From positions 323,926-387,925 of the forward strand of contig NW_027192213.1 in NCBI RefSeq assembly GCF_041956535.1: DNA of 64,000 nt, read 5' to 3'. The DNA is from Calcarisporiella thermophila CBS 279.70. Lineage: Eukaryota > Fungi > Calcarisporiellomycota. Below, one piece after another: positions 13,102-26,449 of the stretch; within the stretch, counting starts at the first letter, position 1, and the number at the start of each line of letters is the position of its first letter. The translations under genes and the position numbers were made by a program. The notes beneath the pieces are model-generated. The model worked only from the letters and a program-made list of their open reading frames with translations. It was not told the DNA's origin and made no database searches.

Positions 13102-14192
13102 CTACTTCAATGATGGAAATGCAGTCTCGTCAGAAACATTCACGGCACCATTTGCCTGCTTCCTTCCACCACGCTTGGGCTTCTCTCCGCCACGACCATT
13201 TCGGCGCTCATCGCGGAATCCACCCCGACGGGGAACCTCGGCAAACCGCTGCTCAATATCAACAAAGGTCTTGGCCGATTTCTCCTTCTTTCCTTTTGCA
13301 GCCTTCTCCTTGCCGAGACGGAGGTATTCAGAGTCTTCCTTCTCAAGAGGAACAGCATCACCCCACTGCGAATTGTCGACACCTTCATTTGCCTTACGAG
13401 GCGCGGGGGCGGAAACAGCAAGAGATTTGGCAGCTTTCTCAGCAAGGTATTCATCAAGGGTCTTGACAACTTCCTCGGGCTCGACGGGGGCAGCCTCTTT
13501 CTTATCTTCATTGGCAGCCTCGTTACTAATTAAGGAGAGAGAAAAATCGAGTTCAGCATTTCTGAACATTGTATGTAAGGGAGGATGGTAACAAGATAGC
13601 ATACACATCATTGCTCGCAATTTTTTCGCCGTCTAGCTCGGAGGTCTTTGAGTCACCCCATCCTTGCTTCTCTTTCTTCTCATTGTCACTATTATATGGG
13701 TCATCAGAAAAAAAATGCACCATAGTCAGATAATATTTCTTGGGACTTACACTATGCCGGTCGCACTGTGGCGATCAAACTGGCGACCACGTCCACCACG
13801 GCGATTTCCACCACGGGCACGCTCGCTTGAACGGGCACCACGAGCGGAACGTGAGAATTCCTTGTCGTCCTCGCGCTCACGACGGAAGCGGGGACCAAGA
13901 TTGCGGTCGCGAGCTAGAAAAGCAAAAATTCAAACATGCATGTCATAAACACTAAATTCGAAACTGACATATGACCATTTGAGTGGAGAGAAGGCTTACG
14001 GAAGGAGCTGCGACCACCACGTGCACCTCCGCGTCCGCCACGCTCCTCACCGCGCGTGTTTTCACGGCGATCCTCCTTCTTCTGCGGGGCAGCAGCTGGA
14101 GCCTGCTGCACTTTCTTCTGGGCGGTCACCTCACCGGCGTCTCCGGCATCATCACCCAAGAGTTCGAACGGGTTCTTTGTGAAGGAGGACAT
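13102..14192 (-). CDS. STM1: Stm1/SERBP1 (HABP4/PAI-RBP1) ribosome-binding RGG protein
   Basis: KNPFELLGDD N-terminus, RGG boxes, RQFDRHSATG, KTLDEYLAE, RKANEG and terminal DETAFPSL. Confidence 0.9.
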
Positions 14193-14429
14193 AAGATTTT
14201 CTTTTAGTTTTGGTGCTGAGCCCGTTCCTTCTTTAAAATTGTGCGGGTTGCTCTTGATTTTTTAAGTGTCGAAGATGCGATGTTTATTTTTCGTTGTTTT
14301 GCTTTATCAACATCACACAAAAAAATTTTTTTGGGCACAGTAGGTTAGCCGGTGAAAACCTAAGAGCAGTCCTCGATTTTAACTCATATGCTCTTTTCGA
14401 AATTGCAATTTAGAGCTGAAATTGAGGGC

Positions 14430-16220
14430 ATGGAGCAACCACGACCTAAACGATCCAAGTGGGAGGAAGACGAAGAAGATGATAAAGATTTAACAACACT
14501 CAGAAAGAACAAGAAGGTTGCCAAAAAAAAAGCTGCTGCTCTTCGTTCACAATCACCCGGCGTTACTCCTACACAACCCCCCGAAATAGATCCCCTCGTT
14601 GGTCCAGAACAGACCTCCAGCAAGTCATGTACAGCCTCGCCTCTGGCTGAAGCACGCGAGCGAAGTTCTCAATCCCCCCTTCTACCCCCCACTTCATCAT
14701 CACCGCGTCGTTATTCTCCAGCACCTGCTTTATCTAAAGCAGCATTCCCAACTCTTTCAGAATGTCGAAGTGTTGATAACTACGAAAAGTTAAATAAGAT
14801 CGAGGAGGGCGCATATGGTGTTGTATACAGAGCAAGAAACAAAGAAACGGGCGAAATTGTTGCACTGAAACGTCTGAAATTGGAGAAAGAGCGTAACGGT
14901 TTTCCGGTCACATCATTACGGGAAATACACACATTACTGTTGGCAAAGCATCCCAATATTGTAGATGTAAAGGAAATTGTTGTTGGCAAAGATTTAACGC
15001 AGTAAGTGTGGTATTTATTGTTTGTAATGATTCCTTTTTTGTTAAAACTCTTCTTAGGATCTTCATTGTCATGGAATTTGTCGAACATGATCTTCGTAGT
15101 TTAATGGAAGGGATGCGTACACCTTTCCTCCAATCTGAAATTAAAACTTTAATGTTGCAACTGCTATCAGCCGTAGCCCTCCTGCACGAAAATTGGTTCG
15201 TGCACCGCGATCTTAAAACCTCCAACTTGCTCATGAATAACCGTGGGATGATCAAAGTGGCTGATTTTGGACTCGCGCGTAAGTATGGGAGTCCACTGGG
15301 ACCAATGACACAGCTGGTAGTAACACTATGGTATCGGTAAATAGGTCCTACTTTGTTTTTTGTTATTAGGTTTAGCCTACTCACCTATAATATAGTTCCC
15401 CAGAACTCTTGCTAGGTGCAAAAGAATATTCCACTGCGGTGGATATGTGGTCGGTCGGATGCATCTTTGGCGAGCTAGTAAATAAGGAGCCATTATTCCC
15501 CGGCAAGAGCGAAATAGACCAATTGAATAAGGTAAACTTGCTTGACGAATTCGCGTCATTTTGTTTTTTTGGGATTCGCCGAACTTATTCTTTGCAAAGA
15601 TTTTTCAACTTCTTGGTGTTCCTAATGAAGAAATATGGCCTGGATGGTCAAAATTACCCAACGCGCAAAACGTCTCGTTTGTTAAGCAATCGTAAGCAAC
15701 TTACTGAATATTATCTTCCAGGTTTGGCGCATGGCCATGTTAATCAATCCTCTAAATAGGTATAATTACTTGAGGACTCGGTTTCCTTATCTCACTAACA
15801 AAGGGCTTGATCTTTTAAGCGGCCTACTCACCTATGACCCAGAAAAACGCATGACCGCAGAAGAAGCGCTTAAACACCCATATTTTTCGTATATATCTCT
15901 CATGTCAGTCAAGCTGGTATGTTTGCTAATTCTCTATACTGTAGGGAACCTCCGCTACCAAAAGACCCCTCTCTTTTCCCAACCTGGCCTTCAAAAGCTT
16001 CTGGTGAAAAGTTAGTCCGAATAACCTCTCTGATTTTTCATGATACTGTTATTTTAATTTGCATATATTTGTTAGGCGAAAGACCTTTGTGTCTCCTAGC
16101 GCACCTCAAGTTGCACATGCTAGAATGAACGAGACAGAGGATGAAGATTCAGGACTTGCAGGGTCGATATTTGATACGTCAAGTGTAGAAGCTTCGGCTG
16201 GTTTTCGACTAAAAATATAA
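14430..16220 (+). CDS. CDK11: Cyclin-dependent kinase CDK11/PITSLRE family
   Basis: [29 protein letters not shown] helix, HRDLK, DFG, VVTLWYR and [13 protein letters not shown]. Confidence 0.92.
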
Positions 16221-16371
16221 CCATGCTACATTATTGAAATTCCTACAATTAATAAAAAACTTGTATGTTTGAGATACTGCGCCACACTAATGACTCGAAT
16301 AACAGTCGAAATATTTTTCAAACAGATGAGTTCTCCATTCTAAACTACTCACTTAGGGATCAAACTCAGCG

Positions 16372-18664
16372 ATGGAGATTGATGAGCCCGTGGCACAGAA
16401 CAAGTCCATCAGCATTGATGGTATACAATCCACATATATATAGCTTTTGGATATAAATCATCAATTCAGCTAATTTATTAAATCTTTTCCATCTTAATTC
16501 AGTACTTGCTCTTACAAATGATGCGAGAAACACGTACGGCTTGAGATACCAGGACTATGAGCGATATCGGTAAGAATAATGCAGTGAAACTTTGGATTTT
16601 TTCTCTTTTTATGTACTAACAATTTAACATTGGGTCTCATCTCTATAGCCATTATTGCGCTCAGCGTTTGCATAGATTGCGTAAAGTCCTTGACTTCACT
16701 CATAGCAAGGGCAAAGGCTTTCAGAAGAAGCAGATTACAACCGATGTTGTTTCTGATGAAAAGTGTGTTAAGCTTCACGTATTTTTCTCGCAATATATTT
16801 CTGACTTAATATCTATTAGGCACCTTCATCTTCTTCTTTTCAATGCTGAAAGAGCATGGGCATACGCTCAGGAACTCAAGCGCGATACCACATCGAATCC
16901 TCGTAAGCGGCACCACATGGTGCGCCGTTTACGTAAAGCTGCACATTTTGCTTCGGAACTTGCTGCATTGTGCTCTTCAAAATGTAACAATGGTATGGAT
17001 GCCCGATCTGCACTTGATGCACAGGCATATAGCTCTCTCATGTGCGGATATCTACTGGTGGAAGAAGAAGCGTGGGAGAAGGCACTGGACAAATTTGTCG
17101 AAGCGAGAATTTTGTATGAGAAACTTGCTCCTACTGGCACCCATCATCAAGAAGCCCTCTGTAATATGATGATTGACGAAATCAACCCTAATATCCGCTT
17201 TTGCTCTTACAACATGCGTGGTAAGGGATTCAAGGGTGTGGAAGAGTTCATCCAGGAGAAAAGAAAAGACTTCGGACATCGTGAGCTACTGGATAAGTTA
17301 CCGGCAGCAGAAAAGGTAACTTTATCCGTGTACGAGCAAAGTTTTCATTATCGTGTATTAAGTGCAATACCTATTTTGTAGAATATTGCACTATCCGAGA
17401 CAGTACACAAGAAATCCACGCCCATGACATCTCTCACATGGCGTGGTCATAGCATCTCACTCAATAATGCAGAGCTTGCAGTCCTATTGCTGCAGGTACA
17501 AGACGCGGAAATACAGCTCGAAGAGCATGGAAACGAGTCCGTTGACAAACGGATGGAAGAATTCGATAAAATATTGTCGCTGTACGGAGATGCTGAAAAA
17601 GTGGCAATGAATGCTTTGAAGTTTGATGCAGTAAGAACGGCTTTTTCTATAGCCAATGCACTCTCAGATTCAACTATTTTTCTGTTTTAGGACGTTGCGG
17701 CCCGTGTAAAATCCTCCAAGTCAGACCAGAACACGGCTAACCACCGTCTAGCCTACACATATGTAGTATATCGTCGGCTCTCGCGCACGACGCAGCGAAA
17801 CCTCGTGCTTGTTGAATCTCTCAAAAAGGATTTGAGCCAACCAGCCGATAAGCTAGCAGAGATATACCATGACATTGTGAAATTATATGATAACGTATTG
17901 CAGGTAATTCCTCAAGCCAACTTCGGGCTAAGTAACGATCTATTCAACTTTTTTTAATTAATTTGTTACGATAGAACCTGGCCGAGATGAAAGGGCTGCC
18001 AGCAATCTCTGATGATACCGCGCTTTCCAACCTGGTTGATGCGAAAATTATGTATTTCAAGGCATGGCGATGCTTATTTGTTGCTGAAGCATATGAACAC
18101 CGCACGCAACATGCCGAAGCTTATGCACTCCTGGGGCGTGTGTCACACTATTCGGACCAGTCTCGCGCTTTTCTAGTTGATACCACACCTATGTCTGAAG
18201 ATGAGGAGAAGGAGATTATTCCAGTTACTGAAATTGAATTAGAGGAACTAGACGCAGCTCTACGCGGAAGGAAATCCAGGGTGCATGCGGCATGGTACTT
18301 GGCACAGGAAAGCGCCCGCGGAGGCGATGTAAGCGAGCGGATGGAGGAATTAAGTTTGAATGAGAGCACCGGAGAAGTGAATGAAAATCTGCCCATTATC
18401 GAATGTTTGGATGTGTATCCTCCAAAAATGCCACTCGTGAAATCGACAGAACCGCAACAAAATGCCCCTGGTGCAACGACGACACCCACCGGGAGTGTGC
18501 CACACCTTGTTGACTTCCCCCCAAATCTGAAGCCCGTGCCTGCGAAGCCCATTTTTTACGATATTGCATTCGGCCATGTGGAATATCCCTCAGCACTTGG
18601 GCAACGCTCGCGGCAGAGCGGACGACTTGGAGGGCTCTTTGGAGGTTGGTGGGGGAACAAATAG
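16372..18664 (+). CDS. SRP68: Signal recognition particle subunit SRP68
   Basis: YGLRYQDYERY, LFNAERAWAYAQELK, PNIRFCSYN, LVDFPPNLKPVPAKPIFYDIA and terminal GGWWG. Confidence 0.93.
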
Positions 18665-18928
18665 ATATTTTTCTAAACCCACGCCTATTTTATCTTGTGA
18701 ATGGCTATTTCTAGGCACCTCTTTTCTTTTCATTTCCTCTGTGATGTATAATGGGATGGTTCTTTTATTTTTTTTATTGTCGGGCGTGAAAAACTAAATG
18801 TATATCACGGCACATGGTGGCTCCTTGTTTGTTGCTATTTCAAACCCGCGTAAAACTATTCATTCAGATAAATAGAATAGAGTTTCGCCGCCAATGTCTC
18901 CTTTGGCGTATTTTCCTCAAAATTGAGC

Positions 18929-18935
18929 TATAAAA
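18929..18935 (+). promoter_or_regulatory. TATA box upstream of the 114-aa gene
   Basis: TATAAAA about 75 bp upstream of the ATG at 19008. Confidence 0.5.
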
Positions 18936-19007
18936 GCGGTGAGAAAATTTCCAACACCTTATACTTTTCACCACATTTAACAAGCTTGGAAGAAATTTTC
19001 ACCCGTC

Positions 19008-19352
19008 ATGTCTGAAATGGACCTAGAAGCTAAACGTCAACTTGAGGCCAAGCTCCAAGCTGCTGCCGACAGAAAGCACCAAATTGACCAAGCGCGCGCC
19101 CAACATGCCCATTTAGAAGTCGAGCACGCTAAACAAGTCGCCCACTTGCATCACGAGGCGCAATCTCCGGAACACATGAAAGACACCAAGCTGGAACAAA
19201 GACTTCAGCAGGATATGGAAGCACATGAAAAGCGAAGGGAAGAGTTGGAGCGAGCACGTGTTGAGAAGCTAGAAAGAGAAGACGAGAGGTGGCGAGAGAA
19301 GGTTGCCGGGGTAAGAGGAACAAGAGTGGAAGAAGGACGAAACTTTCAATAG
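19008..19352 (+). CDS. Small helical protein with stathmin-like tandem repeats (114 aa, intronless)
   Basis: Clean ORF with an upstream TATA box and AT-rich flanks. KLQAAADRK...EHAKQV and LQQDMEAHEKRRE...VEKLERED resemble the two stathmin tubulin-binding repeats. The CDS is well supported; the family call is tentative. Confidence 0.7.
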   Translation: MSEMDLEAKRQLEAKLQAAADRKHQIDQARAQHAHLEVEHAKQVAHLHHEAQSPEHMKDTKLEQRLQQDMEAHEKRREELERARVEKLEREDERWREKVAGVRGTRVEEGRNFQ

Positions 19353-19532
19353 TGTTGTTTTGTTAAAGCACATCATCGCTTTTTTCATTGTGTTTATTTT
19401 TTCAATTCTCACCACCATGTATATGCCCAGTGTATGAATCTTAGTATTAAAGTGCTCTTGTCTTAAGTTATTCACTTATATTAAACTTATTTTAAATGAA
19501 GCTTATTTCTCTATAATATTCGATATTTCAAA

Positions 19533-20894
19533 ATGAACTCGACATCAATGCTCCACGATTGGCTTTTATCCCAAAAGACTCACATCTCTTCAGCCATTGA
19601 ATTTAAGCCCATTTCATCCAAAGGAAATGGGCTTGTCGCTCTGGCGCCTCTTATTCCTGAAGAAATCATTGCAACCATTTCATCCAATCTATTTATTAAC
19701 CGAACGCGGATTCTAGCCTATGCCAACACGCGCCCTTTTCTTCATTCTCTCTTTTGCAGACTGGGAGAAGAGATCGATGAGGCGACGATTCTGATTGCCT
19801 TTCTCATCCACGAACGCTTTCTCCGCCCAGCTGATTCCGATTTCAGGGCATATATTGACTCACTCCCAAAAAGCTTCGAGACACCCGTGTTTTCAGGGGA
19901 TGAGATGCTGTGGAAAGGAACCTCGCTCGAGCAGCCGTTGCGGGTGCGAAAACGTAGGCTTGAGCTGGAATATAAGCGTATAGAATCAGAGTGGAGAGAC
20001 ATTATTGGTGAGGAATGCGCATTCTCTCTCGAGGATTACTGGTGGGCGGACACATGTGTGTGGAGTCGTGCAATCTCTTTCCACAGTCGCAATGCTCAGG
20101 CCCCCGAAAAACGAAATGAATTGAATGAGGGAGAATGTGATGATTTACACCTCATTCCTTTCATAGACATGGCCAATCACTCCACGCAGCCTAATTCACG
20201 TTGGGAGCTTCGCTCTGAAGGTGATATAAAATTACTCGACTTGGTTGTCACGAAACTTATATCGCAGGACGAGGAGATTTGTATCTCTTATGGTGATTTA
20301 TGCAACCAGAAGTTACTATTTTTACATGGGTTTGCGGTCGAAGAGAATCCTCACAAAAGTGTAGCGGTGATGGCGCCATTGTTCGAAGAAGATCCTCAGC
20401 TACCACTCAAAATGATGGCAATGCGTCAACTAGGACTTAAACCAATTATAACTCTAGAAAAGAGAGATGGGCTGGATGCGTTGGATGCAAGTGGTTGGGG
20501 TGTCATGACACTCTGCGTCGTGGGAGAGGAGGATGGTTTCATCTTGCAAGAAGACAAATTGTTTTTGGGCGGAAGACCTCTAACTGTTGACATGGATTGG
20601 CAGAATTTGTTGAGTGAACTAGCAAATGGTCGAATTCTCGAGCTAAAAATAGTGTACTTGTTGGTAGAGGCACTGGAAGCCTTGCATCAACGACTAGCTA
20701 CTGCAGATGAAGAGCTGGAAAAAAATGTGAACAGAACGAACGAGGGAGTTTCCGTGGAGTTTAGAAGATGTATAGAGATATTCAGAAAAGATGAGCGCTC
20801 GACGGTTGAGTATTTAGTAGAGTCGCTGAACAAGCTCCAACAAAAGCTGATTGAAGACGAGGACGTTCAACGTTACCTCTCAGAACAATCATAG
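19533..20894 (+). CDS. SET-domain protein-lysine methyltransferase (Rubisco-LSMT/RKM/SETD3-4-like), intronless
   Basis: KGNGLVA, YIDSLP, WADTCVWSRA, LIPFIDMANH, EEICISYG and LLFLHGF motifs. Confidence 0.88.
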   Translation: MNSTSMLHDWLLSQKTHISSAIEFKPISSKGNGLVALAPLIPEEIIATISSNLFINRTRILAYANTRPFLHSLFCRLGEEIDEATILIAFLIHERFLRPADSDFRAYIDSLPKSFETPVFSGDEMLWKGTSLEQPLRVRKRRLELEYKRIESEWRDIIGEECAFSLEDYWWADTCVWSRAISFHSRNAQAPEKRNELNEGECDDLHLIPFIDMANHSTQPNSRWELRSEGDIKLLDLVVTKLISQDEEICISYGDLCNQKLLFLHGFAVEENPHKSVAVMAPLFEEDPQLPLKMMAMRQLGLKPIITLEKRDGLDALDASGWGVMTLCVVGEEDGFILQEDKLFLGGRPLTVDMDWQNLLSELANGRILELKIVYLLVEALEALHQRLATADEELEKNVNRTNEGVSVEFRRCIEIFRKDERSTVEYLVESLNKLQQKLIEDEDVQRYLSEQS

Positions 20895-20979
20895 AAATGA
20901 AGTTTGTGAATAGGACATGTATTTTAAAGGAAAACTTATAGAAAAAGTAAAATAAGAGTCTATTTTTAGATTGGAATAA

Positions 20980-21714
20980 TTATTCTAAAACAATCGTTGC
21001 ACCCAACTCCTCTAGCATCTTCTTCATCTTTTCCGCCTCTTCCTTGGGAAGATTTTCCTTGACGACCTTCGGGGCAGATTCCACGAATTTCTTGGCCTCA
21101 ACCAAATTTACACCGAGCAGATTCTTGATCTCGCGGATAATCTTAGCCTTTGCGGCGGCATCAAATTTGTCGAGCTTGACGTTGAAGGTAGATTTTTGTG
21201 CTGCCTTTTCCACCTAAAATAATAAAAGAATATGGAGACAGTTGTCAATATAGAATTACTCTAGTTAAAGTCATTTAGTGCAAACAATAAAGCGTTTCTT
21301 TACCTCAGCATCAGCAGCACCACCTGCTGCTGGAGCAGCAGGAGCGGCTGCGGCTGCAACGGGCATTGCTACATCCTGGATATTAAGACGGGTCTTCAAC
21401 AATTGCACCAAATCGGCAGTTTGAAGAAGTGTCAATTCTGAAATCTGATCCACAATGGAGACGAGTTTCGGATCGGCGGAGGCCTGAGTAGAGCCTGGTG
21501 CAGGCATTTTCTCGGTAGCCTGCGCGGCGGTATCAGCAGTGGGTGTGGAGTAGCATCGGTGGAGGGAGAGGCGTGGAGCAATGGAGACACGGGGCCTGTA
21601 CAGACGAGTCACTCGAGAGAGGGCACGATGAGACTTGAAGTTAGGCAAGAGACAACCAAAAATGAGTCGAGTTTTTAGGCAATCTAACAAGTAACGAGGG
21701 ATTTTTCTTACCAT
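20980..21714 (-). CDS. MRPL12: Mitochondrial ribosomal protein L7/L12
   Basis: IVDQISELTLLQTADLV, Ala/Pro hinge, KIIREIK, LVEAKKFVESAP and LEELGA. Arg/Ser-rich presequence. The first coding exon appears to be ATG only, followed by intron 21711-21634. Confidence 0.93.
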
Positions 21715-21901
21715 TGTAGAGCTAATGTTTATTGTGTACGTTCGATGAATTAAAAAGGTCTTTCTCAAAATACCAAGGGCAAGTTTATTTGTGGCTTATT
21801 GTGAGTGTGACTGTCGGAGAAAATTTGATTTTAATAGAAATACTACAAGGTATATATAAAGATGTGAAAAAATAAGTACTATTATAAACAAACAAGCCCT
21901 T

Positions 21902-24034
21902 TCAGCGGCTTCGATTCACTCTCGATGAGCCAGCGAATCTAGATGTGCCCGAAAATCTATGCGACAAATGCTCAATCATGTGCATAAAACTATATTCAAA
22001 ATATATGAACAATTTCCTGGGGCTACTTTAAAGAACAGAGCATAACTCACCTTTTACTATTGTGAACACTGGTACCTCCAAATAGTATCCGTACCCCAGG
22101 AGTCCCTGAGTTAAGTTGTGCTATATACCTCGCCTCTTCGTAGGTAGCCCCCCCGACGACGAAGAGGATAACGTCCTGTGGGCTATTCAAAAAAGTCCCA
22201 AATTGTATATAAAATTAAGCGTTTAAGTGATGTAGGACCATTATTATTCAATTTTCAACTATTACCGGTCTTTGGATCCGCCCTCCACGAATGGGTAACT
22301 TGTCTCTTTTAATCGTCCCTTTAACAGCAGTTCCAATGTCTCCCCCAAATGTGGCGTATGTTGTGTATATACATTCTCTACACCTTTAAGCCCCTTGAAG
22401 ACATTCTTTCCTCTTGCAAAAAATGATTCATTTGAAAACAAGTCATCTTGGCGACAGTCGGCGCCGCAAAATTGGATCATAGCCGGTATTAGGTTAATCT
22501 TATGCTCGGCAATGCCATTTTGAGCCAACATATCAAGTAGAGTCGAGACGCTATTATTGGGTGACTTTTCGTAACGTAAGGCATAAAGGATTACGAGACG
22601 AACTTTGGAATCATCCGAAACCTTGGGATTTTCAATTAATCTCTGCAAACTCTAAAAAAAAAAAAAAGCAATTAGAAGCATTCAAATAACAAGAAGTAAT
22701 AGAAAATGCATGGAAAATTTGATATATTCACTACTAATCCGCTACCTTCAAATCGCTTCCATGTTGCTCATTACATGCCAAACTCTGCTCTAACTCGCTC
22801 ACCTCCATCAAATTTCCTCGTTCAACCAGTCGGCTCAACTCTCCAACAAGTGCAACGTGTTTGCTCACGTTCCCTGACATCTTGCGAAATTCCGGATAGT
22901 CTTCCACGAAACGCTTCATATCTGCAATGGATTCAATGTTGGTGTGCAATCTGGACTTATCTTGATAGTCATCTACATAGGATTTTATATTTGCGCCGAG
23001 ATCCCCAAGGTTGAGAAAGAGGTTTTTTTTGAAAAATGGATCTTGGTCTGGAGAGAGTACTATCTCTTTAAGTTCGGGGCGCACATCCGGAATAGCAGAG
23101 AGATCGACACGACCATTTTGGATGCCGAGAAGTTCATGCACCATTGCCTGGTATGTCCATTGAGAAAGAAGCGGCGTGACAGGGTCGTTACGGCGATCCA
23201 GAATTATTAAGATTGGAGGAGTATCGGTGCGACGAAATTCAAATAATTGGTTCTCTTGCTTGACCACGTACTAAATAAAAGAAATACCCATTAAACTTTG
23301 CAAAAGTACTCAAAAATGCTGTAATGGACTACATTTATTTCTTGCGCCAGTTTCTTTGCCATCCCGCTCATGCGTTCATAGCGTATGAGTGGCCGTTTTT
23401 TTAACGAGAGTAAGACTGCCACTACCCCCTCGACACATCTTTGCAAGGCTGCACCCTCCCACGCTTCAAGTGATTCACCGAATAACGATGTTTCAGAAAG
23501 CCCAAGTGAATATAGATCTGAGTTGATGGCAAGATAATCGGCAAAATGTTCATGAACTTCTCGGACAACTTCGTGCTCATCTACTTCAGCCAATCGCTCG
23601 ATGACAGATTTCTTTACCATATTAGTAAAATCTAATGATATACAACAACATATTATAAGTCGAATCGAAACAGTAACGTATATATTTCAACTTACATAAG
23701 TAATAGTCTCCATAACACGGCTGCCGCAGTTCATCAACCAACGCTTGGATACTTGATGGATCGGGCCTTAAAAGACAAATGCATTTTAAATGTTTCATCT
23801 TATCACGATTTCGATTATCTAATCGATCAACCAGGTAGCATTCCTTTTGGAGAAGGGTTGACTGTGTTGTTGCCATGGAAATAATGCTTGTCTGAAGCGA
23901 AAAATAGTTAGCATTCTATCGAAGCGCAATGAGCAGAGTATTACCGTTTGGGGATCAAGGAGAAGCACTTTCATGCCCGAAACGTCATCGAGCATTTTAT
24001 TGATATAATTTTGAATTGCCTTTAGCACGTCCAT
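21902..24034 (-). CDS. VPS45: Sec1/Munc18 protein Vps45
   Basis: GMKVLLLD, ERLAEVDEHEVVREV, LDRRNDPVTPLLSQWTYQAMVHEL, GNVSKHV and GVENVYTQH. Confidence 0.95.
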
Positions 24035-24790
24035 CTAATATAGCTCAGTTTTTTGTTACTTTTCGTATAAAGCAGAGAGAATAAGGGGAAATAAGTAGCT
24101 TGAGGGGAAGCAAAATTATCTTTTCGTGTTAATGAAAGAGTATAAGCCACATTTCATTGTATAGGAGACATTAGTAGTTTAATGGGTAATGATCCATAAA
24201 CCGTTAGGTATAAGAGGCCTAATTCGACCTATAAATCTAAAGCTGATTAGTGTTCTATATAATAAGGAAATACTAGATACTATAGCTTATATATTTTACA
24301 TTGCTTAATGCTCCTAGTCACTCCAGGCCAACATCATAGAGGATTTGTATCAGCTAATCAGGTTGAAATATATTGTTCGTTTTTATAAAATTTATATATT
24401 TAGCCTTGATATATTGATATTTTGCAATATCCGAACTTTGCCTTGAGAAACTTCGCGTTGAGGTGAAAATAATACTGGGATTAAGAAGCAATAATACATA
24501 TTTCAAAAGTATTTTGAAATATTTGAAATTACGTCTAGCTAAACGAAAGCTTTAAGAGTCTATTAAAAGAAAATGAAAAAGTCCCATAGTGTCCAGCAAT
24601 GTCCAGCAATGTCCAAGTGAAATTAACAATTAGCAAATAAATAAAAAAAAAGTTTTTAAGCAAACAGGAAAAATAAAAGGACATCTCGCATGACAATTTT
24701 AGAAACAACAAAAAGCAAATGGGAATCAATTCTAAACACTGATATAATACAATGGAGTATAAGAAATTTTAAGAAAACAGCAGCGGGTGC

Positions 24791-26205
24791 TTATTTGAGA
24801 CCATGGAAATCTTTATACAGATTCTCGATAGCATCGATGGTCCCGAAAACGGTAACGATCAATCCGATCACGAGCACGATTATGCACCACACCAATTCCA
24901 ACTTGTTGATACTACGCCATCCAAAGAGTTTAATGTAGAAGGCGACGGGAAGTACGAAGGTTAACATCGCATCGCTGAAACCACCAAGCAGCGCCATGAC
25001 ATCGTTGAAGTGGGGAACAATGCACGCAATAGCCGCAGCAAGTGCCATTGACGCGATACGGACAATTGCGCGAAGACCGAATTCAACCACGCGCGTGCGG
25101 GGAGGAGAGGCGATATTGAAGATAGCTTCGATTTGGAGCGCAAACGAAGTCAGGAACAGGGGGATAGCAAGCAAAACATGCACTGTGATGATAATGATGG
25201 AGATCACTTTTGCAGGGCCATCGGGATTGCTCAAATACACAGGGCTCTTGACGGTATCTCCGTATACGTAATAGCCCACAACCGAGCACAAGAAGTAAAT
25301 CAATGCAACGCTCAGAATTGAAAGAGTGATCACGCGCGGCCAAGCTTTTTTGTTGCGCATCGACTCCTCGATATGAGGGAAGGTCACGTTTCCTCCGTAG
25401 GAGAATGCAAAAGTTGCCAGGGTCAGAGGAAGTTGCGGCGCATCGTATGGCTTAGTTGGTTGAGGGGGAAGATCAGGAAGATGCTTAAGGGAAACACCAA
25501 CCACAATAAATACAGTGATGAAGGTTGCGAGAGCTCCAAAAATGCTCATGAATGCCACTTCGCGCATGGTCTTCATAATGGTGAAAGGAACTGCCATGAC
25601 TGCCGCACAGATACAAATCCATCCCACCAAGGAAATATTGACGCCAAGTGGGTCGACAAGCAGCTTAATGTTCTGGCCAGAGAGGATCAGATATAAAGTA
25701 GGCCCTCCAAGAAGAATGGAGTTATAGAAGATAAACACGGCAGCTCGACCAATCCAACCAAATGCTGCATGACCGATATCAGGGAACTCGCGCAGACGGG
25801 TCTTGCCATCGTAGTAGAGACATTTGATGAGAATATGGTTACCATAGATAGACATCACTGTTGCAAGAGCAAGAAGGACAAGACCGACCCAGCCTGATAC
25901 TTTAAGTGCGTAAGGCATACCAAGAGTGCCAGCTCCCGCGAGGACACAACTAAAAAATAAATATCATGAGCTAGAGGATAAAGTTAACATTAGTTGTGAT
26001 TGACGAACTTACACTACGTTAATGTAAGCTGACCATGTAGAGGCATTTGCCTTCTGAAGCACAACCCCTTCTTCCCCGGCCTCCTTTCCATCGATATTTG
26101 ATACTAAATGTCGAAGAAACATAATCATGAGTATATTTGAAAATCTGCTAAGAGATGATGGAGTATACCTGGACTTTTAATAGTAGCGCTGTCGCTGTCG
26201 CTCAT
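24791..26205 (-). CDS. Amino acid transporter (AAAP/Aa_trans, AVT1-like)
   Basis: AYINVVCVLAGAGTLGMPYAL, FSYGGNVTFP, VGYYVYG, many hydrophobic TM segments and short upstream exons starting MSDSDS. Confidence 0.9.
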
Positions 26206-26449
26206 GCTATTACTTTTTTCCTTTAGAAAATACCGATTCTTAATATTTCCTAAGAGGCCCCTAGAGGAAGACTTTGTTGAGAATAAACAAAAAATTTACG
26301 GGAAGAAATTATGGCAGATTTATATCCAATTTTCTCTCAGCATTAGCTACTCCGGTTGCACATTTCGAATCTTTCGCCATACGTTCGCCTCCTTGTCGGA
26401 CCCTGCATTCGGAGCGAATTAAATTTCTCTCCGAGCACATCATCTTAGT

